From IMG/VR virus record IMGVR_UViG_3300020044_010179, positions 11,747 through 75,746 of that record: DNA of 64,000 bases; one strand, written 5' to 3'. Position numbers and translations under genes: made by a program. Numbering within the stretch: position 1 is the first letter of the stretch; the number at the start of each line of letters is the position of its first letter. The DNA comes from a virus (lineage: Duplodnaviria > Caudoviricetes). The notes under the pieces are model-generated. The model was not told the origin of the DNA and ran no database searches. It saw only the letters and a program-made list of their open reading frames with translations. Below are positions 47,443 to 56,610 of this stretch, one piece after another.

Positions 47443-48243
47443 ATGATAAGTCTTATTCAGTTATTGAAGGAAGTGCAAGATAGTCCTAAAGCTATTATAT
47501 TAGCAGGAGCACCAGGATCTGGAAAAGGAACTATTCTAAGAGATTTAAACTTAAGTAAATTTAAAATTCTTAACATTGATAATACTATAGCAGCTTTATC
47601 AAAACAAGATCAATTTACACTAGACCAAAAAACAGCAGATTCCGAAGATAGAAGTAAATTTATGTCAGCAATGCAAACTGCTGCAAAACAATTAAAAACC
47701 CAAGATTTACCTCAAACTATATTAAATAAAGAATCATTTATTTTAGATGGTACTGCTTCATCTCCAAACCAAACATTAAAATTAAAATCCCAACTTGAAG
47801 AAGCGGGATATGAAGTGATGATGTTATATGTTTATACTGATTTAGAAACATCCTTAAAACGCAATGAAGAACGATTCGAAAAATCAGGTGGAGAAGATAG
47901 AAGTTTACTTCCTGGTGCGGTGTTAGGAACATGGCTTATGGTAGCTAAAAATTTTCCTTTATATCAACAATTATTTGGTAATAATTTTGTATCTGTATCC
48001 AATACAGGTAATGAAGAAACATTAAAAGATATTGAACAAATTATCCAAAAGTATGTTACTCCATTTGATCCAAAAGATCCAAAACAAAAAACTGAAAAAG
48101 AACAAGAAAAATCTAATAAATTAAAAGAAAAATTAAATATAGAAATTCAAAATTTCCTTGATTCTAATCTAGCTCAAAATATTATAAACTCCTCTGTTTC
48201 TAAAGAAGAAGCTCAATCTAAAATAAATGAATTCATTAGTTAA
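47443..48243 (+). CDS. P-loop kinase (zeta-toxin/AAA_33-like)
   Basis: ILAGAPGSGKG, ILDGT, YVYTDLETSLKRNEER. Confidence 0.75.
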   Translation: MISLIQLLKEVQDSPKAIILAGAPGSGKGTILRDLNLSKFKILNIDNTIAALSKQDQFTLDQKTADSEDRSKFMSAMQTAAKQLKTQDLPQTILNKESFILDGTASSPNQTLKLKSQLEEAGYEVMMLYVYTDLETSLKRNEERFEKSGGEDRSLLPGAVLGTWLMVAKNFPLYQQLFGNNFVSVSNTGNEETLKDIEQIIQKYVTPFDPKDPKQKTEKEQEKSNKLKEKLNIEIQNFLDSNLAQNIINSSVSKEEAQSKINEFIS

Positions 48244-50281
48244 ATCACTTATATTTCCACTTTTAGAATCTGAACAAAAAGGTGTTGCTTTAATCCCTGG
48301 TGGTTTTAAACCCCCAACTATAGGACATTTTGTATTAGTTAATGAAGTAGCACAAAATCCAAATTTTGATAAAGTAATTGTTTTAATAGGTCATAAAGTA
48401 AGAGATGGTGTAACTAAAGAAGAAAGTCTAGCAATATGGGATATCTATAAAAAATATCTTCCCTCTAACGTTGAAATTAAAATTTCAGATAACTCTTCAC
48501 CTATTGCAGATGTTAGCTCACTTATAAAAAACAATCCAGACACATACTTCTACCCAGTAGTGGGTATTAGAGGTGAAATGGATTTAGGTGATATAAAACG
48601 ATTTGATAGTTTAGAAGGTAAATATCCTAACTTTAAAACAATAGTAATTAAAACAGAAGAAGGTGAAGATCGAGTTAGTGGAACAAACACTAGAGCTGCT
48701 TTAATTAGTGGGGAAAAAGATAAATTTCAATCATATCTTCCAACTGAACTATCACAGGAAGAAAAAGATGGAGTTTGGTCTATTTTAACTAAAACACCAC
48801 TTAATGAAATAAAGTATGCTGAACCTAGCAAATTTGATTATCCAAAACAATTAAAATCACTTACCGAATTTATGTTAGATAAGGGAATGAATATTCGTCC
48901 TTTACCTAAAGTAAAATTTATAGAAGATGATGTTGAAAACGCTAGGAATTTTTTCGGTAAAACGGCGTATTACGACCCAAATCAACGCGTTATAGTACTT
49001 TATACAATGGATCGTCATCCAAAAGACATCATGCGTTCATTTGCGCACGAAATGATTCACCACATGCAAAACTGTGAAAATCGTTTAGGTAATATTGCAA
49101 CTCAAGATACAAATGAGGATGGAGATTTACCTAAAATTGAAAGAGAAGCATACGAAAAAGGTAATATGACTTTCCGAAATTGGACAGATACAATAACTGA
49201 ATGGATTGTTGATACTTCAAAATATAATTATACTCCAAAGCTTTCAAATAAAATATTTTCTCAATTACATGAATTAAAAGTAAATGAAATATCTCTCAAC
49301 CCAAATAATGCTGTTGAAATATATGGTGATTTATTTAGTGGGGAATTTAAAGTAGGAAATATTGAATATATTTACTCAATTAAAAATATTCCTAGCCCTT
49401 ATAAAGATGAAGAGTTATTTTATAATATACAATTTGATGAAAAAAATAATAATGAATCTTCAAATGAACCTACAAGAAATGCTAGAGAAAATTATATAAA
49501 AATATTATCAACAATGTATAAAATTTTATTAGATTTTGTTGAACAAGAAAAACCAGAATATATAGGAATATCAAGTTTAGATAAAAGTGGATATGGAAAT
49601 ATCTACAATAATTTAACTAAAACCAATACACTCCCCGGATACTCAAGAAAAGATGCAGGTTTAGATTTTGTATCTAAATCAGGAGAAAAAGGTAAATTTA
49701 TAGTATTAAAAAAATCTATTATTGATATAACTGAATCTATTGTAGGAGATAGGATTGAATGTGATAATTGTGATTGGAGTTGGCCAATAAAAGATGGTGG
49801 AAATGATTTATATGTTTGTCATAAATGTGGACATGATAATACACCTAAACAACTAAACGAGGAAGAAGAAGATGATGATGGTACTTTATTATATAAAAGC
49901 ATATTTAAACCAGATATAAACATATTAGTTGCTTTTAAAAATTACGAAAATTATAAAATTTTAAAACCTTTATTTAATAAATATGGATATGGTTTTTACT
50001 CCCCAGAAGATAAAATAATAATTCTTAATGGTGAACGTTTTATAAATTCTAATTTAGATTTTAAGGATTTAAAATTTGTTGAAGCACACGAAATAACACA
50101 TTTACTTTTAGGACATACAGGACCATATTCTGAAGAAGATGAAATGGATGCTGATTTAGGAGCATATATTTTATTAAAAAATAAAAAGTTATCAACAGAT
50201 AGACTTGTAAACGAATTTGAAAATAGACATGGTGTCCCATTTACTGAAGAATTACTTGAACGAGTAAAAAATAGGTTGTAA
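48227..50281 (+). CDS. Multidomain protein: HxGH nucleotidyltransferase, zincin (HEMIH), unassigned domain, Zn ribbon, second HEXXH domain
   Basis: GGFKPPTIGHF and RVSGTNTR; SFAHEMIHH...EREAY; CDNC...CHKCG; EAHEITH...EMDAD. Confidence 0.75.
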   Translation: MNSLVKSLIFPLLESEQKGVALIPGGFKPPTIGHFVLVNEVAQNPNFDKVIVLIGHKVRDGVTKEESLAIWDIYKKYLPSNVEIKISDNSSPIADVSSLIKNNPDTYFYPVVGIRGEMDLGDIKRFDSLEGKYPNFKTIVIKTEEGEDRVSGTNTRAALISGEKDKFQSYLPTELSQEEKDGVWSILTKTPLNEIKYAEPSKFDYPKQLKSLTEFMLDKGMNIRPLPKVKFIEDDVENARNFFGKTAYYDPNQRVIVLYTMDRHPKDIMRSFAHEMIHHMQNCENRLGNIATQDTNEDGDLPKIEREAYEKGNMTFRNWTDTITEWIVDTSKYNYTPKLSNKIFSQLHELKVNEISLNPNNAVEIYGDLFSGEFKVGNIEYIYSIKNIPSPYKDEELFYNIQFDEKNNNESSNEPTRNARENYIKILSTMYKILLDFVEQEKPEYIGISSLDKSGYGNIYNNLTKTNTLPGYSRKDAGLDFVSKSGEKGKFIVLKKSIIDITESIVGDRIECDNCDWSWPIKDGGNDLYVCHKCGHDNTPKQLNEEEEDDDGTLLYKSIFKPDINILVAFKNYENYKILKPLFNKYGYGFYSPEDKIIILNGERFINSNLDFKDLKFVEAHEITHLLLGHTGPYSEEDEMDADLGAYILLKNKKLSTDRLVNEFENRHGVPFTEELLERVKNRL

Positions 50282-50299
50282 ATTTATTAAAATTAATAC

Positions 50300-50863
50300 A
50301 TGAAAAAAATACCAACTTTACTTGACTTATACGAGGCAATCAAACCATACACTATATATTGTGATATGGATGGTGTGCTTTGCGATTTTGATCAAGGATA
50401 TGAAAAGCTAACAGGAGAATCTACGGATGAAGCTAACGCTAAAGGTAAATCTTATTTTTGGAAACTTTTTAGAGAAAGCGTTGGAAAAAATGAAAAAGAT
50501 TTTTGGTCTAATTTACCATGGCAACCCGGAGGAGAAGAACTTTGGAATTACATTAAATCTTCTTCCCCAAATATCCTATCAGCTCCCGCAGTAGATTTTA
50601 ATTTACCTCAAGACCAACAATTAAATCCAGAATTTAATCAAGCTATTCAAGGTAAAAAAGAATGGATTTCTAAACATCTTAATGGTGTAAATAAAGAAAT
50701 ATTTGTTCCTGCTCCTCAAAAATCAACATTTGCAACATCAAAGCATATACTTATAGACGATATGCAAAAAAATATAGATGCTTGGAAGGCAGCTGGGGGT
50801 AAAGCAATTTTACATACTTCTGCTCCAAAAACAATAGAAGCTCTTAAAAAATACGATTTATAA
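50300..50863 (+). CDS. HAD-family 5'(3')-nucleotidase-like protein
   Basis: YCDMDGVLCDF, ILSA, GKKEW, ILIDD, W...GG. Confidence 0.85.
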   Translation: MKKIPTLLDLYEAIKPYTIYCDMDGVLCDFDQGYEKLTGESTDEANAKGKSYFWKLFRESVGKNEKDFWSNLPWQPGGEELWNYIKSSSPNILSAPAVDFNLPQDQQLNPEFNQAIQGKKEWISKHLNGVNKEIFVPAPQKSTFATSKHILIDDMQKNIDAWKAAGGKAILHTSAPKTIEALKKYDL

Positions 50864-51436
50864 ATGTCAGATTCAGTTTTAAAAAAAGAATTCCAAAAAA
50901 GAGACGTTGAACGTTTACGTAACCTTGTTAAAGGTAAATATGGAGACAGAACAACTGTTGGAATAGGTTATAGTAAAACTCCTGAAGAAGAACATAAAGA
51001 AGGTGACATTTGGAAATCAGATGGTAAAGAATGGACTATCAAAGATGGTTTAAAAGAAAATATTACTAAATTGGATAAATTTAAAAATTTATCTATTCCT
51101 ATATTTTGTCCAAAATGTAAACAAAACATGGACAAGCAATTAGACATACACTATTTTAAATCTTATGGTGAATGTTTAGATTGTAGAGCTACAACAGAAA
51201 CCCAACTAAAAATATCTGGAAAGTGGGAAAATTATGTAAATCAAACATTTAATAAAGAAATTGATCTTCATGTAGAAGATTATAAAAGTTTCATAGATAA
51301 TAAGTTGTCAGAAAGTAATAATAGCTTTGTAACAGAAGCTGGTGATGTACAAAAATGGGTCGGTGGGATTGATAAAGATCGTGCATTAAAGGCTATGGAA
51401 GAATCTATTAATTATTTAAATTCACTTAAAAAATGA
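50864..51436 (+). CDS. Hypothetical protein with two CxxC motifs
   Basis: CPKC and CLDC. Confidence 0.6.
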   Translation: MSDSVLKKEFQKRDVERLRNLVKGKYGDRTTVGIGYSKTPEEEHKEGDIWKSDGKEWTIKDGLKENITKLDKFKNLSIPIFCPKCKQNMDKQLDIHYFKSYGECLDCRATTETQLKISGKWENYVNQTFNKEIDLHVEDYKSFIDNKLSESNNSFVTEAGDVQKWVGGIDKDRALKAMEESINYLNSLKK

Positions 51437-52053
51437 CAACAACTGTATTTACAACAATTTTAGTAGCATTAATAACTGCTGTATTAGGTCCTATTATAGT
51501 AGCTTGGTTTAAACTAAAAATGGAAAAAAAATCCCAAAATACTTTAATGTTTGATGCTCTTGAAACTTCAACTTTAGTAGATAATCAACTTGAAATCGTA
51601 TTAGAGGAACTAGAATGTGATAGAGTATGGATTGCTCAATTCCATAACGGAGGCCATTTTTACCCTACAGGTAAATCTATCCAAAAATTTTCTATATTTT
51701 ACGAAAAATGTACCCCTGAAACTCCAAACATACAAGGCACATTTCAAAATATTCCTGTATCTTTATTTCCTAGAGTACTTTCTAAAGTATATAAAGACAA
51801 TGAATTGTATGTTTCTGATATAAACAATGCTGAAGATAGTTATGGGTTAGAATTTTTTACTAACCAATGTGGTACTAAAGCATCTTGCATAGTGGGCTTA
51901 CACAGTTTAGATGACCATTTAATAGGAATAATGGGGATATCATTTAAAGAACCACATCAGTTAGAAAAAGAAAAATGGATATTCCTTAGACAAAAAGTAG
52001 GAGTTATAGGAACATTACTTTCTGAATATTTATACGCGACAACTAAAAAATAA
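51433..52053 (+). CDS. N-terminal TM plus GAF-like domain (T4 holin T-like architecture)
   Basis: TILVALITAVLGPIIVAWF TM helix; LECDRVWIAQFHNG...LIGIMGISF GAF-like pattern. Confidence 0.5.
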   Translation: MTTTVFTTILVALITAVLGPIIVAWFKLKMEKKSQNTLMFDALETSTLVDNQLEIVLEELECDRVWIAQFHNGGHFYPTGKSIQKFSIFYEKCTPETPNIQGTFQNIPVSLFPRVLSKVYKDNELYVSDINNAEDSYGLEFFTNQCGTKASCIVGLHSLDDHLIGIMGISFKEPHQLEKEKWIFLRQKVGVIGTLLSEYLYATTKK

Positions 52054-52057
52054 TTTA

Positions 52058-52065
52058 ATATTTAT
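52058..52065 (+). promoter_or_regulatory. Late promoter motif ATATTTAT
   Basis: Upstream of ORF 52072; another copy at 52026. Confidence 0.55.
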
Positions 52066-52071
52066 TATAAA

Positions 52072-52581
52072 ATGAAAGATACTTTTGACTTAACAAAATT
52101 TTTAAAAGAAAATAAATCTCTTGAAAATTTAAATCCAACCTTTAAATCTCTTAATGAAAATAAGCATATAAAAGATAAAATCAAAGAAATGATTTTAGCT
52201 GAATTAGATCCTGCAGGTGATATAAATATTAACTCAACCCCAAAAGATGATCCCTATGCTAATTATTTTGGAGAAGGTAAAGAAATAGAAGAAGCTAAAA
52301 AAGATAAAGAAGTAGAAGACGTTGAAACAACTGACGTTGAAACAACTGATACAACTGAAGAAGTACCTGCAGAAGATACACCAGCTGAAGAAGCACCTGC
52401 TACAGGTGGTGGTTTAGAAGACATAGCTGCAGATATGGAAGGCACAGAAGGTGACTTAATGGACTATTTAATGAAAGCCCTTAAAGTTGCTAAAGGAATG
52501 AACAATGAAAAACTAGAAACACAAATAGGAAACACACTAAAATTTTTCGTTAGCGAATATATTGGTGGAGAAGAACAGTAA
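52072..52581 (+). CDS. Acidic low-complexity late protein (candidate internal head protein)
   Basis: FLKE/LNE motifs; E/T/P-rich linker. Confidence 0.55.
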   Translation: MKDTFDLTKFLKENKSLENLNPTFKSLNENKHIKDKIKEMILAELDPAGDININSTPKDDPYANYFGEGKEIEEAKKDKEVEDVETTDVETTDTTEEVPAEDTPAEEAPATGGGLEDIAADMEGTEGDLMDYLMKALKVAKGMNNEKLETQIGNTLKFFVSEYIGGEEQ

Positions 52582-52611
52582 ACAATTAAATCTATATAAA
52601 CAATCAAATCT

Positions 52612-52785
52612 ATGAACACAACAGAAATTTTTAACGCAATTCAAGAACAATTAGCTACTTTAGAAGCTGAACATGGTAAAACATCAAAAGCAGCTCGTGG
52701 TAGAGCACGTAGCGCCGCTAACAATATTAAAAAATTAGCAGCAGAATTTAAGAAAACTTCAACTGCAGAAGACAAAGCAGCTTAA
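52612..52785 (+). CDS. Histone H1-like (Bacteroidota Hc1-type) small protein, 57 aa, not in ORF track
   Basis: KTSKAARGRARSAANNIKKLAAEFKKTS matches the KAAxxRARKA...EFRKxS pattern of this family. Confidence 0.65.
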   Translation: MNTTEIFNAIQEQLATLEAEHGKTSKAARGRARSAANNIKKLAAEFKKTSTAEDKAA

Positions 52786-52788
52786 AAA

Positions 52789-53460
52789 ATGGAACAACCT
52801 ATTAATGAACCTTTTACTTCAGAGGAATCTCAAGAGATTTACCAGAATTTTAAGACCATTATTAATAGTCGTTTAGATAAACTTTACAACTCAAAAGGCT
52901 CGGACGGCGAACAATACGCATATAGTATCGCCGTTAAGCAAATGAGAAAAAAACAAGCTGAGAAATTAGCAGAACCAACAATTGAAGAACCTATGAAACA
53001 AGGAGACAAATTAAAAGAAATGATTCAATCAGTACTATCTAAACCATTAAACGAAAAGAAAAAATCATTCCCTGATTTAACTGGAGACGGCAAAGTAACT
53101 AAAGCTGATATCCTTAAAGCAAGAGGAGTTGAATTAGATGAAGACCTTGACTTAGGCCATCAAGATGATGAACCACATATGCTTAAAGCGGATTTATATC
53201 GTATTGGAAAATATGCTATGGAACTTTACAAAATGGTTGATCAATTTGAAGGTGAACAAGAAGTTGATTTCCCACATTGGTGGCAAGCAAAAATTACCGA
53301 AGCTAAAAATATGTTAGTTTCCGCTAAACATTACCTTGATTTTGAAATAAAAGAACCTCAACTAGATGCTATGGTAAACGTAGCTTCTGAAGAAGGTGCT
53401 ATTGATGAATCATTAAAGAAAAAAATTAAAGAAGCTATTTTAGCTAAACTTAAAAAATAA
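52789..53460 (+). CDS. Candidate internal head protein
   Basis: PLNE, LDE, IKE motifs; PDLTGDGKVTKADILKARG EF-hand-like segment. Confidence 0.55.
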   Translation: MEQPINEPFTSEESQEIYQNFKTIINSRLDKLYNSKGSDGEQYAYSIAVKQMRKKQAEKLAEPTIEEPMKQGDKLKEMIQSVLSKPLNEKKKSFPDLTGDGKVTKADILKARGVELDEDLDLGHQDDEPHMLKADLYRIGKYAMELYKMVDQFEGEQEVDFPHWWQAKITEAKNMLVSAKHYLDFEIKEPQLDAMVNVASEEGAIDESLKKKIKEAILAKLKK

Positions 53461-53927
53461 TGACTAAAGATCAACTTAAAAGAAGAATTCAAGACTTAGC
53501 TCGTCAAGTATACTCTGCTAACACTATCACCCCAGCAGAAGCTATCGAATACGATGAGTTAACTAAATTCCCCGAACTTAAAAAGGTTATAGTTGATTTA
53601 CTTACTTTAGAATATGATAATTTTTTATCCTCAATTGATTGGGTAGCACCCCGTCCTTCTACATTTAGAATTAATTTAAAAAACGACCAAAATTTTTATT
53701 TAATTTATGGAAGACGTAGTTGGATTGCTCAAGTAGAAGGTAAAAAATACTATTTACTTAATTTACCAGAAGAAGAAAGAGCTTCTCAATCTATAGCAAA
53801 CATGCTAAGGTATGGTGTTAAAGGAGAAGAAGGTGATAGTGAAACTGGAGCAGGAATTGAAAGCTTAGAGACACCTCCTGCAGAAACCCCTCCTGCAGAA
53901 ACACCAACAGAAGAAACACCAGCATAA
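53460..53927 (+). CDS. Hypothetical late protein
   Basis: 155 aa with an ETPPA repeat tail. Confidence 0.6.
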   Translation: MTKDQLKRRIQDLARQVYSANTITPAEAIEYDELTKFPELKKVIVDLLTLEYDNFLSSIDWVAPRPSTFRINLKNDQNFYLIYGRRSWIAQVEGKKYYLLNLPEEERASQSIANMLRYGVKGEEGDSETGAGIESLETPPAETPPAETPTEETPA

Positions 53928-54925
53928 TGGATATTTTAGAACAATTTATACGTGATGTATCTTACAAATTTCCTAAAGGATATCCTGATATGAAGGATCC
54001 TAAGGATGTTGAATTACTTCATAAATTAATAAATGAAGTAGTTGATACTAAACCTTCACTTAATGAACAACAAGCTGATTACGACGATCGAATTAAAGAT
54101 GCCTTAGGTGTTGAACAAATCCCAATATGTCAAACCCCCCTTGAATTAGGTAACGACTTTAACTTAAATGGTAAAGATGGAGAAATTTGGGGTAAATTAT
54201 TTGGTGTTAAACCACTAGCATCTAGAACAGGAAAACAATCAGGTGGATCAGGCAATGGAGAAGTCTCAGTTTATTGGGCTTTTCAATACAATAAATCTAA
54301 TAAATTTCAAGTTCAAGATCAAAGGGGATCTGATAATCCGGATTTAATTATCAATGATTTAGGTGTTGAAATTAAAGATTATAGTTCTAAACAAATTACA
54401 TTAGGTAAATTTTTTGCAGATAAAAAATCATATGGATTATTAAGTAATCTATTTGGATTTAAAAGTTTACTTGAAGCCCTTAAAAACAAAAACTTCCCAG
54501 AAGGATCAGCATCTAATCCAGGAACATTTAAACCTTCAGAATTAGTAGAAGCATCTACTTTAATGTTAGAATTTTATAAAGAATCAAAATTAAAAGAATT
54601 TGCTGTAAAGTATCAATTTGATATGATTATTAATATATTTGAAAGAATAGAAGCTATATTACAAGAACTTAAATTAAATAGTAATGCTTCTCCCGAAGAT
54701 ATAGCTGCTGGAATTCTTAAAATAATGATCCAAACAAAACTTAACAAAAAACCTATGATGAATAAAGAAATAGGATATGTTTTGAATGTTAATGTTGGAG
54801 GAAAAGGAGATTTTGTATCAATAACAAATGAAAAAATAGATTCACTTGATAGTAAATCTTTACTTGATAATATATCAGTTGCTTCAGCTGAAATGAAAAT
54901 GAATTTTGACGCTTTATTTAAATAA
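53927..54925 (+). CDS. Hypothetical late protein, possible PD-(D/E)XK nuclease fold
   Basis: GNGEVSV...PDLIINDLGVEIKDY. Confidence 0.45.
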   Translation: MDILEQFIRDVSYKFPKGYPDMKDPKDVELLHKLINEVVDTKPSLNEQQADYDDRIKDALGVEQIPICQTPLELGNDFNLNGKDGEIWGKLFGVKPLASRTGKQSGGSGNGEVSVYWAFQYNKSNKFQVQDQRGSDNPDLIINDLGVEIKDYSSKQITLGKFFADKKSYGLLSNLFGFKSLLEALKNKNFPEGSASNPGTFKPSELVEASTLMLEFYKESKLKEFAVKYQFDMIINIFERIEAILQELKLNSNASPEDIAAGILKIMIQTKLNKKPMMNKEIGYVLNVNVGGKGDFVSITNEKIDSLDSKSLLDNISVASAEMKMNFDALFK

Positions 54926-54926
54926 C

Positions 54927-55604
54927 ATGGACAAATCACGTTTGAAACACCTTATTAAAGAAGTATACCAAAAAAAGGATAGTTGCAATTGTGGTTGTCA
55001 CAGCTGTGACAACGTAGGTAATCCTGGTGTTGTATTAAACGAAAGTTTAGTTAAAAAAGAAATATTGTCGGAGAATCTGCGATATCACGTGGATAAACAA
55101 CTCCCACTTACCGAAAACACGTTCCGATATGGTTCGCAATCATTTCTTAATTTATGGGCAGAAGCTCGTTCACTATATTTACGTGAAATTATTCATGTAA
55201 ATGAAGATGATAAAGAAATTTTAGAGGAAACTGACTTAGGTAACTTTGGCTTATATGAAAATCAAAAAGTACCTTTAGATTTACTTTTACTTGAAAACGA
55301 GGAACTTGAAGAAGCAGAAGATAAAAAGAAAAATCCCCCACTTGGAAAACCAAAGCGTGGAGGATCTAAAAAATTCTATGTTTACGTAAAAAATCCTCAA
55401 ACTAAAAAAATTAAAAAAATTAGTTTTGGAGACACAACAGGTCTATCAGCTAAAATAAACAACCCAAAAGCTAGAAAAGCGTTTGCTGCACGTCACGATT
55501 GCAAAAATAAAACAGATAAAACTAAAGCTTCATACTGGAGTTGCCGTTTACCTCGATATGCCAAATTACTTGGATTAAAATCATCATTTTCAGGATTCTG
55601 GTGA
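54927..55604 (+). CDS. Candidate internal head protein with basic C-terminal domain
   Basis: LKHLIKE, VLNE, ILSE; C-terminal KKFYVYVK...ISFGD...FAARHDC...YWSCR. Confidence 0.55.
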   Translation: MDKSRLKHLIKEVYQKKDSCNCGCHSCDNVGNPGVVLNESLVKKEILSENLRYHVDKQLPLTENTFRYGSQSFLNLWAEARSLYLREIIHVNEDDKEILEETDLGNFGLYENQKVPLDLLLLENEELEEAEDKKKNPPLGKPKRGGSKKFYVYVKNPQTKKIKKISFGDTTGLSAKINNPKARKAFAARHDCKNKTDKTKASYWSCRLPRYAKLLGLKSSFSGFW

Positions 55605-55978
55605 TGAAAAAAATTGAAAAAATAGTACAAGAAGTCCTTAAAAATCATCCAGGTTTATGGGATAACATACGTGCTAAACGTGAACGTGGGGAAAAACCAT
55701 CCCCAAAAGGATCTAAAGCATATAAGACAGCTGTTAAAGCAGGTAAGGAAATTAATAAACTTCTCGAAGAAGAAACCCCAGAACTTCAATTCCCTGATGG
55801 TTTTCAACCTGCAAAATCTGTTCCTCAAGGTGGTGCTATGTGTGCTAACTGTGCTAAATGGAATAAGAAAACACAATTATGTGAAGGTCAATATTATATA
55901 GATTGGCATGGTAATGGTGAAATTCACGCTGATCCAACTGAATATATTTGTATCTGGTGGGTAGATAAGAGAAAATGA
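55604..55978 (+). CDS. Late protein with HiPIP-like four-Cys C-terminal domain
   Basis: GLWDNIRAKR segment, then CANC...C...CIWW. Confidence 0.5.
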   Translation: MKKIEKIVQEVLKNHPGLWDNIRAKRERGEKPSPKGSKAYKTAVKAGKEINKLLEEETPELQFPDGFQPAKSVPQGGAMCANCAKWNKKTQLCEGQYYIDWHGNGEIHADPTEYICIWWVDKRK

Positions 55979-56235
55979 TCCCATACACAGACATAGAAGT
56001 TACTGATAAATATATCATTCGTGAATTTAACGAAAATATAGACCCAATTGAGCTTATGTGGCATCGCGATGATGAATCTCGTACTATTGAAATTCTAGAA
56101 GATACAAATTGGCAACTCCAATTAGAAAATTGTTTGCCTACCTCACTAAAAGAACGTATATTTATACCAAGACACGAGTGGCATCGTGTAATAAAAGGAA
56201 CAGGAACATTAAAGTTAAAAATACATAAATCATGA
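55975..56235 (+). CDS. Cupin-fold protein
   Basis: WHRDDE...IFIPRHEWHRV. Confidence 0.65.
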   Translation: MIPYTDIEVTDKYIIREFNENIDPIELMWHRDDESRTIEILEDTNWQLQLENCLPTSLKERIFIPRHEWHRVIKGTGTLKLKIHKS

Positions 56236-56504
56236 AATTAGATAATTTAAAACAATTAGTTAAAGAAGAACTTAATCGTACTTTAAACGAAAATGTAAGA
56301 AACAATAAAGATATTAAAGCCGGAGAATATGAAATTACATATGAACCAATGATTGGAGAACCTAAAACTATTACAGTTAAAGTAGAAGAGGACACTACTC
56401 CCCGTGATACAGAAAATTTTTGGAGAAGTTTATTATCTAAAACTAACAAAACATATAAATTAGAAGACCGTCAAAAGAAAATAAAAAAAATAGTAAAAAA
56501 ATAA
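56232..56504 (+). CDS. Small late protein with LxE-type N-terminus
   Basis: MKLDNLKQLVKEELNRTLNE. Confidence 0.55.
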   Translation: MKLDNLKQLVKEELNRTLNENVRNNKDIKAGEYEITYEPMIGEPKTITVKVEEDTTPRDTENFWRSLLSKTNKTYKLEDRQKKIKKIVKK

Positions 56505-56556
56505 CTTACAGACAGATTCATAGCCTGTCGACTTAAAAAAATTATTAGAGATCTGT

Positions 56557-56594
56557 GGCCTCCTTTGGGAGGTCATTTTTTATTTCGTATATTT
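56557..56594 (+). terminator. Intrinsic terminator overlapping a host-type promoter
   Basis: GGCCTCC-TTTG-GGAGGTC plus T-run; TTGG and CGTATATTT (56586) are 19 nt apart. Confidence 0.65.
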
Positions 56595-56610
56595 AAACAT
56601 AAAATAAAAC

